Assembly: GCA_964545715.1 (NCBI GenBank)
Contig: CAZJHX010000003.1
Location: 81,644-145,643, forward strand
From: an uncultured Myxococcales bacterium
GTDB taxonomy: Bacteria > Myxococcota_A > UBA9042 > GCA-2863065
Direction: 5' to 3'
Length of the DNA stretch: 64,000 bases
The stretch's first letter is position 1. Every line of letters starts with the position of its first letter. The notes under the pieces are model-generated. The model was not told where the DNA came from, searched no databases, and saw nothing but the letters and a program-made list of their open reading frames with translations. The position numbers and the translations under genes are program-made. This document shows positions 29,387 to 39,500 of the stretch, in pieces.

Positions 29387-30394
29387 ATGGCCCAGGACTA
29401 CACCGAGGTCCAGCCGGTTCTGGATACGCTGCAGCAGGCGCTGGACGAGGCGCTGGGCGGCCGCTTGCTGGTGCCGGGCGGCGTGCTCGAGGTGCGGGGC
29501 GTGGACGACGTGCGCGGGGTGGTGAGCGCGGCCCACCTCTTCGGTGGCCGCGTGGTGCTCGGCGCGGCCCACAGCGGGGCCCTGGCGTTGAACCTGAGCG
29601 GGCTCAGCGCGGTGCGCGACCTGGACATCACCAGCGGCGTGGTAACCGCGGAGGCCGGCATGACCCCTGCGGCTCTGGAAGCGGCGCTGAACGCAGAGGG
29701 CATGACCCTGGGAGCGGGGCATTTCGCGAGCCCAGACGGCAGCCTCGGCGCGGCGATCTCAGCCGGAGAGGGCGTCGCGCTTACGGTGAGCATCGGCGCG
29801 GTGCTGCCCGACGGAACCCTGTTCAACACTCCGGTGGCGCCACGGCGCGCCACGGGGCCCGACCCGGTCTTTCTGTTGCTCGGTACCGAGGGGCGGCTGG
29901 CTGTGGTCGTGTGGGTGACGTTGCGGATCTTCCCGCGGGCCCAGGATCCGGTCACGGTGGCCTACTCGGGGCGAGGCGCGGCGTTGCTGGAGGCGGTGCG
30001 GCTGGCGTATCGGGCAGGCGTACGCCCGGTCAGCGTCCAGCTGAGAAAAGCCGCGCGCGGTCGCGCCAGGGTGACCGTCGTCGTCGATCGGCACGATGAC
30101 GAAGGCCGCTTTGCGCAGCAGATGACCGACGCCGGGGCCAAGACCACCACCCCGGACGACCCGGTTCCGCCGGCTGGCAGGCCTCGTCGACTGGGCTGGC
30201 GTGCGCTGGGGGCGCTGGCCAGGGGGCAAAAGCACAAGGGGCTGTGGATCGGGCCGTTTGACCTGCACGGCGGCTGGGCGCGAACGCCAGGCGACGCCCC
30301 GGCCGGCGATGTCCATCTGGACCGTCTGCAGCGCGTGGTCGACCCGCTCGGCACGCTGCGCCTGCATCCGGCGGCAGCCGAGGACGCGCCATGA
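29387..30394 (+). CDS. FAD-binding subunit (GlcE-like, degenerate PCMH fold)
   Basis: VVTAEAG, LPDG, RRATGPDPVFLLLGTEGRL. Confidence 0.75.
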   Translation: MAQDYTEVQPVLDTLQQALDEALGGRLLVPGGVLEVRGVDDVRGVVSAAHLFGGRVVLGAAHSGALALNLSGLSAVRDLDITSGVVTAEAGMTPAALEAALNAEGMTLGAGHFASPDGSLGAAISAGEGVALTVSIGAVLPDGTLFNTPVAPRRATGPDPVFLLLGTEGRLAVVVWVTLRIFPRAQDPVTVAYSGRGAALLEAVRLAYRAGVRPVSVQLRKAARGRARVTVVVDRHDDEGRFAQQMTDAGAKTTTPDDPVPPAGRPRRLGWRALGALARGQKHKGLWIGPFDLHGGWARTPGDAPAGDVHLDRLQRVVDPLGTLRLHPAAAEDAP

Positions 30395-31314
30395 AACCCG
30401 CCGAGCTCATCCTGCACGCCACCGACCACTGCGCCTACTGCCCGACGCTGTGCATGCATGCGTGTCCGGTGTCGACGGCGGAGTGCAGCGACGTGGTGAC
30501 GCCGTGGGGCAAGATGTCGCTGGCGCGCTGGATCGCGAGCGGGCGCACCGACCTGACCGCCGAGACCGCGGCCGTGCTCTACAAATGCACCGGCTGCGGG
30601 GCCTGCCAGGACGCATGCCGTCACAGCGTCGATGTGGCGGAGGCGCTGCGACATGCCCGCAAGCAGGCCATCGACGCCGGTGCGGCGCCGTACGGGACTG
30701 AGCTCTTCGACGTGCCCGTGGAGAGCGACGATGACGCGATTCTGCCCGTGGGCGTCAGCGGATATCGCCTCTGGGCGGCTGGATACGCGGACAGGTTCCG
30801 GCAGGTGGCGGGCGCGGCGGCTCGACGTTGGGTGAGGCGGCCGGAGTTGGTGCTGGCGTCAGCAGACGACGCGCGCTGCATTCGCGACGTCTATTCCGAG
30901 GTGGGCATCCAGATCACCTCGCGGGTCGTGCTGGCGTCGGAGCGGCCGGGCGCGGCGCCGTTTGAGGCCCCCAAAGGTCCTGTCGCGTACCACGAGGCGT
31001 GCAACATCGCGCGCGGGCTGCCGCAGGACGCCGAGGTCGTGCGGGCAAACGCGCGTTCAGCAGCGGACGGCGACCTGATCGAGCTTCGATGGACCGGCCC
31101 GCAAGCGACCTGCTGCGGCGCCGGTGGGGCGTACGCTGCCACCTCTGAGGACGGCGCCCGAATCGCGGCCCAGCGGATCCTGGACAACGCATTGCTGAAG
31201 GGCGCCAAAACCCTGCTGACGGGGTGCGCCGGTTGCGCGGCCCATTTGGACGCCAGCAAGGGCGAGCGCGCGATTGAGGTGCTCTCGATCGGCACCGGCC
31301 CCGAGACCTGCTAG
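30391..31314 (+). CDS. (Fe-S)-binding protein (GlcF-like, CCG domain)
   Basis: CAYCPTLCMHACP, CTGCGACQDAC, YHEAC, TCCGAGG, TGCAGC. Confidence 0.85.
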   Translation: MKPAELILHATDHCAYCPTLCMHACPVSTAECSDVVTPWGKMSLARWIASGRTDLTAETAAVLYKCTGCGACQDACRHSVDVAEALRHARKQAIDAGAAPYGTELFDVPVESDDDAILPVGVSGYRLWAAGYADRFRQVAGAAARRWVRRPELVLASADDARCIRDVYSEVGIQITSRVVLASERPGAAPFEAPKGPVAYHEACNIARGLPQDAEVVRANARSAADGDLIELRWTGPQATCCGAGGAYAATSEDGARIAAQRILDNALLKGAKTLLTGCAGCAAHLDASKGERAIEVLSIGTGPETC

Positions 31315-31326
31315 TCTACCGCGATC

Positions 31327-32259
31327 ATGGGTGACAGCTACCGCACATTCGTGGTGGTCAACCCCCGCTCCTCGGGCGGGTCGACCAACAAACGCTGGCA
31401 GGCGATCTCCGCCAGCCTCTCGCGGGCGTTGGGGACCTGGGATCACGCGTTTACCACCGCCCAGGGCGACGCCACCCGGCTGACGCGCACGGCGCTGCGG
31501 GACGGCTACGAGATGATCGTGGCGGTCGGCGGCGACGGCACGATTCATGAGGTCGTCAACGGGTTCTTCGACGGGGAAGAGCCTGTTTCGGCGCAGCCAC
31601 CCGTGCTGGGTCTGCTGCCGTCGGGCACCGGGGGGGACACCCGCAAGACCTGGGGTCTCTCTCGCGATCCGGACGAGGCCTGCGCGCGGCTTGGCGGGCT
31701 GGACACCAAACCGACGGACGCCGGGCGTATTCGGTGGACGGAGCCCGACGGGTCGCCGGCCTTTCGCTACTTCGCCAACATCGCGTCGTTCGGGATGAGC
31801 GCGCTGGTCAGCAAGAACGTCAATGAGTCCAGCAAGGTGCTCGGCGGCCGGCTGTCGTTTCTGAAGTCGTCGTTGGCTGCGCTGCTGCGATATAAGCGCA
31901 CGCCGGTTCGCCTTGTCACCGATGGGGACGACACGCGGGAGGTGACGCTGACAGTCGGCGCGGTCTGCATCGGCAAGTACTTTGGCGGGGGCATGATGGT
32001 CGGTCCCGACGCCGACCCGTCTGACGGGCAGTTCGACATGGTGACCATCGCGCTGACCAAGCTGGACATGGCGCGGTTCAACAGCATCTACAAAGGCAAG
32101 CATCTGTCCAACCCCAAGGTTGACTGCTGGCGTGGCGCCGTTGTCGAGGCCGCACCCGTCGGCGATGTCGACGTCTTCATCGAGGCTGACGGTGAGGTTT
32201 TTGGGAAGCTGCCGGCGCGCTTCGAGATCCTTCCCGGCGCCTTCCGCATGAAGGTCTGA
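31327..32259 (+). CDS. Diacylglycerol/lipid kinase family protein (YegS/DagK-like)
   Basis: VVNPRSSGG, VGGDGTIHEVVNG, LPSGTGGD, YFGGGM, EADGE. Confidence 0.9.
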   Translation: MGDSYRTFVVVNPRSSGGSTNKRWQAISASLSRALGTWDHAFTTAQGDATRLTRTALRDGYEMIVAVGGDGTIHEVVNGFFDGEEPVSAQPPVLGLLPSGTGGDTRKTWGLSRDPDEACARLGGLDTKPTDAGRIRWTEPDGSPAFRYFANIASFGMSALVSKNVNESSKVLGGRLSFLKSSLAALLRYKRTPVRLVTDGDDTREVTLTVGAVCIGKYFGGGMMVGPDADPSDGQFDMVTIALTKLDMARFNSIYKGKHLSNPKVDCWRGAVVEAAPVGDVDVFIEADGEVFGKLPARFEILPGAFRMKV

Positions 32260-32262
32260 CGC

Positions 32263-34983
32263 GTGGGGAAGCGAAAGTCATCCACCACGGCCAAAGAGCC
32301 TAAATCGAAGCCGAAGCGATCGACGAAGAAGCCGGCTAAGAAGAAGGCGTCGAAGCCGGTCGTTCCCGGCACGTGGACCAGTCTGCTGCTGGCCTGCGTG
32401 TCCGGCACGATGGTCTTCATGTCGTACCCCAACTACGACCTCTACCCGCTGCAGTGGTTCGCGTTTGTGCCGCTGCTGTTCGTCATTGAGAAGCGCGGTC
32501 CGGGCAAGTCGTTCCTCTTTGGTCTGCTGGCGGGCACGGTCACCAACTGGGGCGGCTTCTATTGGATCACCGGAATGCTCATGGATTTCGGGCATTTCTC
32601 ACTGGCGCTGGCGATCCCGCTGTGCACGGTGATGTGCGTCTATCAGGGCCTGGTCTGCGGGCTGTGGGCCGCCCTGACGCGCTGGCTTGTCAATCGAACG
32701 GACGCTCCCATCTTGCTGGTCTCGCCCGTCGTGTGGGTGGTGGTCGAGTACTGTGTGCCGTTCATCTTCCCCTGGTACCTGGCCAACGGGCAGTATCTCT
32801 TCTATCCGGCGATTCAAGTTGTCGAGCTGACCGGCGTGCTGGGGCTCAGCTTCATCATCATTCTGGTCAACACCGGGCTCTTTCTCGGGCTCCGGGCCGC
32901 CCTTCGTCGCCGCTGGCAGCAGGCGCTGCGTCCGACTGCGTTCGTGCTGGCCGTCTTTGCGGCCAACGTGCTGTACGGGCTGGTTCGCATGCATCAGGTA
33001 GACGCTGCCATGGCCGAGGCCCCGTCCCTGAAGATCGGCGCCGGCGAGGCGGACGTGGGCATCTTTGAGAAAGAGGCCAAGGGGCTGAGGAATCGCACCC
33101 AGATGCTGGGCCTGTTGCGCGGCAACATCATGAAGCACCACCTGTTGGCGGCCGACCTGGCGAAAGACAAAGGCGTGGACCTGATAGTGGAGCCGGAGTC
33201 CAGCTTCATCCCAGTGCCGGGCCACAAGGTGCAGTTCAAGCGCAACGACCTGTTTGCTGTGGTCGCAGGCGCCGGTCGAAACGCGTGGGAGCTGCGGGAC
33301 AAGCGCTGGACGGGACCGCGGCGTGCTGCGCGCGAGGCCCCGGCGGTTCACTCGATGTGGGCGGCGCGGGAGGACCACGTCTACGGCGTGGGGCCGGGCG
33401 GCATCATCTTGCGGCACAACGGCGAGGAGTGGACGCGCGAGCGCAACGACGATCGGGCAAACCTGCACGGGGTGTGGGCCGGGGAGTACTCGCCGATCGT
33501 GCGGCGCGTGGACGGCGCGCCCGTGGTCGCGGTCGCGGTCGGGGAAAAGGGCACGGCGCTGCTGAGTACGCAGAGTGGTGAGTGGGTTCCGACGCGCACC
33601 GGCACCAACGCGACGCTACGGGCGGCCACGGGCACGGGCGCCAAGCAGATCTACGCGGTGGGCGACGAGGGCACGGTGCTTCGGTTCGACGGCCAGAAGT
33701 GGTCAGCGGAGCTGTCCGGGGTGACCGTCGCCCTGCGCGGCGTCTGGGCGGCCGAGAACGGCCGGGTCGTGGCGGTCGGCGACGAGGGTACGATCGCGAC
33801 GCGCAAGGGGGCGCGCTGGAGCGCGGTGACGCTGCCGGGCAAGCCGCGCCTCAACGGCGTGATCGGCAACCGGCGCGGCATGTTTGCTGTTGGGGAGCGC
33901 GGGCATGTCTGGCGTCTGACCAACGGCGAGTGGCGGCGCGTGGCGTCGCGCACAAACGCGGACCTGCATGCGGTCGCGGTCGACGGGCGCGGCAACTACT
34001 ATGCGGTCGGCTCCGGCGCCACAATGCTCGTGCGCAAGGCGGGGGCCAACGACTGGACGGCGTCCGATGTGCTGCGCGACGCCGGTGACCTGTTTGCAGT
34101 GGCCGGCGTGCCGTTCACGGGCGCGCACGCTTTCGCGCGGGACGCTCGGTTTATCTATCGGTCACAGGCCCCGCTGCCGCCGCTGAAGGGATGGACGACG
34201 CTGGACGCGGTGGCCAACGTCGGCGCCGTCATGGCCAACGACCAGGACACGGCCTCCGAGGACTGGAATACGCCCGTGCGGGGCTTCGACAAGCCGATCT
34301 TGCTGGGGCTCTTGACGTACGAGCCCAAGGACCCGGCGATCAGCGCGCTGCGCAGCCGGGAGGACCGGCGCACGTACAACTCGGCCATGCTGATAGACAG
34401 CGATGGAAAGGTGCTGGGGCGCTACGACAAGAACTACCTGCTGATTTTCGGGGAGTTCATCCCGTTCGGCGACGTGTTCCCGCAGTTCTACGAGTGGCTG
34501 CCCGAGGCCAGTCACTTCTATCCGGGCGAGACGGTGGAGACCTTCTCCTTCAAGGGACACCAGATCGGCGTGCTGATCTGCTACGAGGACATCATCCCGC
34601 GCTTTACTCGCAGCCTCGCGGGCAAAGACCCCAACGTGCTCATCAACGTCACGAACGACGCCTGGTTCGGTAAAACCAGCGAGCCGTATCTGCACCTGGC
34701 GCTCTCGATCTTCCGCGCCGTCGAGAATCGGCTGTGGCTCATCCGCAGCACGAACACGGGCGTGACCGTCTTTGTGGACGCCGTTGGACGTATCGTGAGC
34801 GAGACCGGGCTCGAGGACCCCGAGGTGCTGGTCTCCGATGTGCCCATGATGCGCAGCAGCACGCTGTATCGCAGCTATGGCGAGCTGTTCGCCTACCTGT
34901 GCCTGATCGCGTTTGCCTTGCTGGTTATCGGGGCGCTTGCTCGACGTCGCCGACAGCGGCGCGCCAAAAGAGAAGCGAGCTAG
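32263..34983 (+). CDS. lnt: Apolipoprotein N-acyltransferase with a ~300-aa repeat (probable beta-propeller) insertion
   Basis: N-terminal transmembrane helices; nitrilase triad motifs PES, YDKNYLLIFGE, ICYED; NVTNDAWFG, RAVENR, RSTNTG. Confidence 0.88.
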   Translation: MGKRKSSTTAKEPKSKPKRSTKKPAKKKASKPVVPGTWTSLLLACVSGTMVFMSYPNYDLYPLQWFAFVPLLFVIEKRGPGKSFLFGLLAGTVTNWGGFYWITGMLMDFGHFSLALAIPLCTVMCVYQGLVCGLWAALTRWLVNRTDAPILLVSPVVWVVVEYCVPFIFPWYLANGQYLFYPAIQVVELTGVLGLSFIIILVNTGLFLGLRAALRRRWQQALRPTAFVLAVFAANVLYGLVRMHQVDAAMAEAPSLKIGAGEADVGIFEKEAKGLRNRTQMLGLLRGNIMKHHLLAADLAKDKGVDLIVEPESSFIPVPGHKVQFKRNDLFAVVAGAGRNAWELRDKRWTGPRRAAREAPAVHSMWAAREDHVYGVGPGGIILRHNGEEWTRERNDDRANLHGVWAGEYSPIVRRVDGAPVVAVAVGEKGTALLSTQSGEWVPTRTGTNATLRAATGTGAKQIYAVGDEGTVLRFDGQKWSAELSGVTVALRGVWAAENGRVVAVGDEGTIATRKGARWSAVTLPGKPRLNGVIGNRRGMFAVGERGHVWRLTNGEWRRVASRTNADLHAVAVDGRGNYYAVGSGATMLVRKAGANDWTASDVLRDAGDLFAVAGVPFTGAHAFARDARFIYRSQAPLPPLKGWTTLDAVANVGAVMANDQDTASEDWNTPVRGFDKPILLGLLTYEPKDPAISALRSREDRRTYNSAMLIDSDGKVLGRYDKNYLLIFGEFIPFGDVFPQFYEWLPEASHFYPGETVETFSFKGHQIGVLICYEDIIPRFTRSLAGKDPNVLINVTNDAWFGKTSEPYLHLALSIFRAVENRLWLIRSTNTGVTVFVDAVGRIVSETGLEDPEVLVSDVPMMRSSTLYRSYGELFAYLCLIAFALLVIGALARRRRQRRAKREAS

Positions 34984-34996
34984 TGGGCTGAGTCAA

Positions 34997-35554
34997 CTAG
35001 TTGATCGCGGTGTTGGACGACACCAGATCGTGTCGCGTGATGCCCAAACCCGCCAGCGCCGTGTCGTAGACCAGCTCGGGCGCCGTCTTGAACAGCAGCG
35101 CCTGGGTCACAGGCGCCATCACCCAGGTGCCCTCGGTCATCTCACGCTCGAGCTGCCCCGGACCCCAGCCCGCATAACCAAGCATCAGGCGGAACGGGCA
35201 GTTGGGCAGGCCGACCAGCGTCTCCAGCGCCTCTCGGCTGGTGCTGACGGCGATCTCGGGGGTGACGACCTGCGTGTCTTCGAATTTCTGCAGCGGCGGA
35301 TGCACGATGCAGCCGGCCTGGGTGCGCACGGGCCCACCGAGCCGAATATCGCCCAATGAGCCGTCCAGCCAGCTGATGCCGAGCCCGGAGCAGATGACGT
35401 GCGGGCTGCCGGGAAACGGTCGATTGACGACCAGACCCACCGCGCCATCCTTATTGTGCTCGAGCATCAGCACGACCGTTTCCGCGAAGTTTGGGTCGCG
35501 CAGATTCGGCATGGCGATGAGCAGCCCCGGCGCGGTGTGGTTCACGCGTTTCAC
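34997..35554 (-). CDS. YqgE/AlgH family protein (DUF179)
   Basis: LLIAMPNLRDPNFAETVVLMLEH, GLVVNRP, GGPV, LGYAGWGPGQLE. GTG 35554 is preceded by AAGGGGA. Confidence 0.92.
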   Translation of the reverse strand: MKRVNHTAPGLLIAMPNLRDPNFAETVVLMLEHNKDGAVGLVVNRPFPGSPHVICSGLGISWLDGSLGDIRLGGPVRTQAGCIVHPPLQKFEDTQVVTPEIAVSTSREALETLVGLPNCPFRLMLGYAGWGPGQLEREMTEGTWVMAPVTQALLFKTAPELVYDTALAGLGITRHDLVSSNTAIN

Positions 35555-35604
35555 TATATGCGTCCCCTTGTCGCAGCGCAACGGCTCTGTCAGGATGCTC
35601 AGCG

Positions 35605-36471
35605 GTGGTCGAGAAGCAGTCCGTCCCGCTTGTGAGTTCGCTTACGGTGGTTCTTCCGCAGCGCTATCGCGCAAGCGTTGTGGATGTCGTGCCGTATGGG
35701 CACGGATCCATCTTGATTCTGCTGAAGGACTTTGTCGTGGTCGCGGACAAGCCACCGGAGCCGATCTGGCGCCTGTTCCGGTACGAGGCGCCGGCGACGA
35801 CCGCGGTCGAGGTATGCACATTCTCCCAGGCGGGCAAGTCCGGCGTCTTTCCGGTCCACATTGCCTGCGTGGGCACCGACGTCTACCTGCTGTTTCACAA
35901 CGAGCTGCTGCGCGTCGACGTGGACGAGAAGGTGGTTCACGGCGTTTGCCGACTGCACCTGCCCCAGAGCGAGGATGAGCAGGCCGGGAGCCTGGTCCGA
36001 GCATTGGCGATGCGCGCCGGCACAGCCTGCCTGACGGTCGAGCTGGGCGAAGAAAACCTGACGCTGCACTGGATCCCGCTGGACGACCGGCCCGTTGTCG
36101 GCTGCCGCTTCCGCGGGGTGCGGGGCGAGCGCATCCTGTTCGGGCCCAACGACGACCTGTACGCGTTGGATATGCTGGACCTGACCATCTACCGCAACGG
36201 CGAGTGGATCGGGCACCGCGACCTGACCGACTGCTTTGATGAGTGGTATCGCAATCCCCTGGAGCTGTTGAGCATCGCGCCGGACGGCCGGGTCTTCGTG
36301 GCCAACGGTACGCGGATGGTCGCGGTCGCACCGGACCTGAGCCGCATCGTGGGCACCTACGCGCTGCCCACGGTGCCGACAGCCATAAAGTATCGCGGCG
36401 ACTCGGAGGCGCTTCTGGCGACTGTCGATCCGGTGTCATGCACGCTTTTGATCCAGACGGTAAAGGTGTAG
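35605..36471 (+). CDS. Hypothetical protein
   Basis: 288-aa ORF filling the gap between yqgE and the C45 gene; no motif recognised. Confidence 0.6.
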   Translation: MVEKQSVPLVSSLTVVLPQRYRASVVDVVPYGHGSILILLKDFVVVADKPPEPIWRLFRYEAPATTAVEVCTFSQAGKSGVFPVHIACVGTDVYLLFHNELLRVDVDEKVVHGVCRLHLPQSEDEQAGSLVRALAMRAGTACLTVELGEENLTLHWIPLDDRPVVGCRFRGVRGERILFGPNDDLYALDMLDLTIYRNGEWIGHRDLTDCFDEWYRNPLELLSIAPDGRVFVANGTRMVAVAPDLSRIVGTYALPTVPTAIKYRGDSEALLATVDPVSCTLLIQTVKV

Positions 36472-36505
36472 CTTCCCAGCCCATGAGGGGCACATCGGAG
36501 CTTGC

Positions 36506-37549
36506 GTGACGATCGAGTTGTTGGATCTTGGCGCCGGGAGCTATCGCGACCTGGGGCGCGCTCATGGCGACGCCTGGGGTGAAGAGGCGTGTGCGCTGTT
36601 CGGCATCCGGTGGCAGCTGACGCGCGACTCGAGTCCCGTCACGGGCCTGGCGGCGCTGGCGCGAGAGCACATCCAGGTGATGGAGGCCTACGATTCGGGG
36701 CTGTTCCAAGAGCTACAGGGCATCTCCGAGACCAGCGGCCTCGAGCTGTGGCAGCTGGTGATCCTCAATCACTACACGGACTTTCGTGACATCCGAGCCG
36801 AGGTTGCCGCGTCGGCGGGGGGCTGCAGCGCCATCTTTGCGCCGCTGGCGAGCGGTCCGGCCATCGCGCAGACGTGGGATATGCACGGATCGGCCGAGGA
36901 CCATGTCCGCCTGCTGCGCGTCGAGCCGCCGGATGGTCCCTCCGTTGTCACGTTTACGCTGACCGGCTGCCTGGGCATGACCGGGCTGAACGCCGAGGGT
37001 GTGGCCGTGTGCATCAACAACCTGACGCCCGGTGATGCGCGCGTGGGCGTGTTGTGGCCGGCGCTGGTGCGGCGGATGTTGCGCGAGCGGACCGCACTGG
37101 CGGCGGTCCAGGTGCTGCACGACACGGAGCTGAGCAGCGGCCACAACTACCTGATCGCTGACGACACCCACATGTTCAACGTGGAGACGACCGGCGGGCG
37201 GAAGCGCGTGACGGCAGACGCCACGACGCGGCCCTGCTATCACACCAACCATTACCTGCACGACGAGCTGACGGACATCGCCCTGCCGCTGCACCCTGCA
37301 AGCACCAGCGTGGACCGGTTTGCGCTGCTCGGCGCCGCGCTGGAGTTGGCGCCCCGGTCGCTGGAGCAGCTGTGGTCGGTGTTGGGTAGCCATGAGGGAC
37401 ATCCGCGCAGCATCTGCGGCCATGTAGGGGGCTCCGACCCGTCCGCCAGCAAGACCTGCGGCGGCGTGATCTGCGACATGTCCAGCCGTCGCATGCTGGC
37501 GCAGCAGGGCTGCCTGAACGGCGCGGCGTGGAGTGAGGTGCGACCATGA
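36506..37549 (+). CDS. Peptidase C45 family (Ntn hydrolase, isopenicillin-N acyltransferase-like)
   Basis: GRAHG, GGCS autoproteolysis site, AQTWD, GMTGLNAEG, HTNHY. Confidence 0.85.
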   Translation: MTIELLDLGAGSYRDLGRAHGDAWGEEACALFGIRWQLTRDSSPVTGLAALAREHIQVMEAYDSGLFQELQGISETSGLELWQLVILNHYTDFRDIRAEVAASAGGCSAIFAPLASGPAIAQTWDMHGSAEDHVRLLRVEPPDGPSVVTFTLTGCLGMTGLNAEGVAVCINNLTPGDARVGVLWPALVRRMLRERTALAAVQVLHDTELSSGHNYLIADDTHMFNVETTGGRKRVTADATTRPCYHTNHYLHDELTDIALPLHPASTSVDRFALLGAALELAPRSLEQLWSVLGSHEGHPRSICGHVGGSDPSASKTCGGVICDMSSRRMLAQQGCLNGAAWSEVRP

Positions 37550-38805
37550 CCGAGAGCCTGGAGGCGCGCCAGCGGGCCCATGTTTTCTACACGTGGACGG
37601 CCCAGAGCGAGGCTACGCCGGTGTCGATCGCGTCAGGGCAGGGCGCCACCTTCACCGATCACGCCGGCAAGCGCTGGCTGGACTTTGAGGCCCAGGTCTT
37701 CAACTGCAACGCCGGCCACGGCGAGCGCCGCATCATCGAGGCGATGCAGCAGCAGGTGGAGGAGCTGGCGTGCGCGCATCCGGCGGCGGTCTTTGAGACC
37801 AAGGCCAGGCTGGGCGAGCTGCTCGCGTCGGTGACGCCGGGCGACCTGAATCACTTTCTGCTGTGCCTGTCGGGCGCGGAGGCCAACGAGAACGCGCTGA
37901 AGATCGCGCGGATGGTGACGGGCCGCAGCAAAGTCATCGCTCGCCGCCGCAGCTATCACGGCGCCAGTATGGGCGCGCTCTCGTTGACGGGTGATCCGCG
38001 CCGGCATCATGCGGAGCCGGGTCTGTGGGGCGTCATACGCGCGGAGGATCCTTACTGTCATCGGTGCCCGTTTGGGTTGGAATACCCGGCATGCAAGGTG
38101 CGGTGCGCAAGCCACGTCGAACACGTCATCCAGTCCGAGGGGCCTGATCGTGTCGCTGCGGTCTTCCTGGAGGGCATCACGGGCGCCAACGGGGGCCTGG
38201 TGCCGCCCGACGAGTACTGGCCAATGGTGCGCGAGATCTGCGATCGGTACGGCATTCTGCTGGTCAGCGACGAGGTCTTCACCGGCTTTGGCCGCACGGG
38301 CGCCTGGTTTGCCGTGGACCACTACGGGGTTGTGCCCGACATGATCACGATGGCCAAAGGCGTGACCAGCGGCTACGCCCCGCTCGGAGTGGTCGCCGTC
38401 AACGGCGGAATCGCCGGCTATTTTGAACACAAAACGCTGTGGTGTGGGCTGACCAACCACGCCCATCCGGTGTCCTGCGCGTCTGCGGCGGCCGCCATCG
38501 AGGTCTATCGGGACGACAAGCTGATCGAGCGGGCGGCCGCGCTGGAGCCCCGCATGTTGGCCGGTCTGCGCGCGATTCAGAGCCGCTACCCGATCGTCAC
38601 CGATGTTCGCGGCAAGGGCCTGTTCGGCGTGCTGGAGCTCGACCGCCCGTCGGCACCGCTCAAGCCTGCGCTGCACGCCGCCGGTCTGCACACATTGGTT
38701 CGCGACAACTGCGTCTTCGTCACGCCCCCCCTGGTGATCACCGGTGCGGAGCTGGACGAGGGCCTGGCCATCATAGAAGCCGCTATCGCCGAGGTATTTT
38801 CATGA
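37546..38805 (+). CDS. Class III PLP aminotransferase (omega-amino acid type)
   Basis: SGAEANENALK, SYHG, LVSDEVFTGFGRTG, PDMITMAKGVTSG. Confidence 0.92.
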   Translation: MTESLEARQRAHVFYTWTAQSEATPVSIASGQGATFTDHAGKRWLDFEAQVFNCNAGHGERRIIEAMQQQVEELACAHPAAVFETKARLGELLASVTPGDLNHFLLCLSGAEANENALKIARMVTGRSKVIARRRSYHGASMGALSLTGDPRRHHAEPGLWGVIRAEDPYCHRCPFGLEYPACKVRCASHVEHVIQSEGPDRVAAVFLEGITGANGGLVPPDEYWPMVREICDRYGILLVSDEVFTGFGRTGAWFAVDHYGVVPDMITMAKGVTSGYAPLGVVAVNGGIAGYFEHKTLWCGLTNHAHPVSCASAAAAIEVYRDDKLIERAAALEPRMLAGLRAIQSRYPIVTDVRGKGLFGVLELDRPSAPLKPALHAAGLHTLVRDNCVFVTPPLVITGAELDEGLAIIEAAIAEVFS

Positions 38806-39500
38806 GCAAAGTGTTTGAAAACGCAGCCGCCGCCCTTCACGACGTAGCCGACGGCGCCAGCATCATGTCCGGCGGTTTTGGCCTCTGCGCCAACGCCGAG
38901 AACTGCATCGCACAGCTGCACAAAAGCGGCGTCAAGGACCTTACGATCATCAGCAATAACTGTGGCAACGCGGGCCAGGGTCTGGCCGTTCTGCTGCAGG
39001 CGCACCAGGTCAGAAAGGTCATCGGCAGCTACATCGGCGGCAACCCGGATCTGCAACAGCAGATGCTGGCGGGTGAGCTCGAGGTCGAGCTGACTCCGCA
39101 GGGCACGCTGGTCGAGCGCATCCGCGCAGGCGGCGCGGGACTGGGCGGCTTCTATACCCCGACGGGCGTGGGCACGGTGGTCGCCGAGGGCAAGGACCAC
39201 AAAGAGATCAACGGCCGGCGCATGATCCTGGAGACCGCGCTGACCGCCGACTACGCCATCATCCGCGCCCGCGTGGGCGACGAGTTCGGCAATCTGCGCT
39301 TCTACGGCACCGGCCGCAACTTCAGTCCGCTGATGGCGACCGCAGGAAGAATCGCGGTGGTCGAAGTCGAGGAGCTGGTGCCGCTGGGCGAGCTGGGCCC
39401 CGACGACATCCACCTCTCGGGCGTCTTCGTCCAGCGCATCTTCAAAGGCACGAACTACGTCGACCCGATCGAGTACCTCACAACGCGGCCACGCGCATGA
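38802..39500 (+). CDS. CoA-transferase subunit A (3-oxoacid/acetate CoA-transferase alpha)
   Basis: SGGFGLC, SNNCG, PQGTLVERIRAGGAG, GNL, IHLSGVFV; ATGA overlap with the upstream gene. Confidence 0.92.
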   Translation: MSKVFENAAAALHDVADGASIMSGGFGLCANAENCIAQLHKSGVKDLTIISNNCGNAGQGLAVLLQAHQVRKVIGSYIGGNPDLQQQMLAGELEVELTPQGTLVERIRAGGAGLGGFYTPTGVGTVVAEGKDHKEINGRRMILETALTADYAIIRARVGDEFGNLRFYGTGRNFSPLMATAGRIAVVEVEELVPLGELGPDDIHLSGVFVQRIFKGTNYVDPIEYLTTRPRA

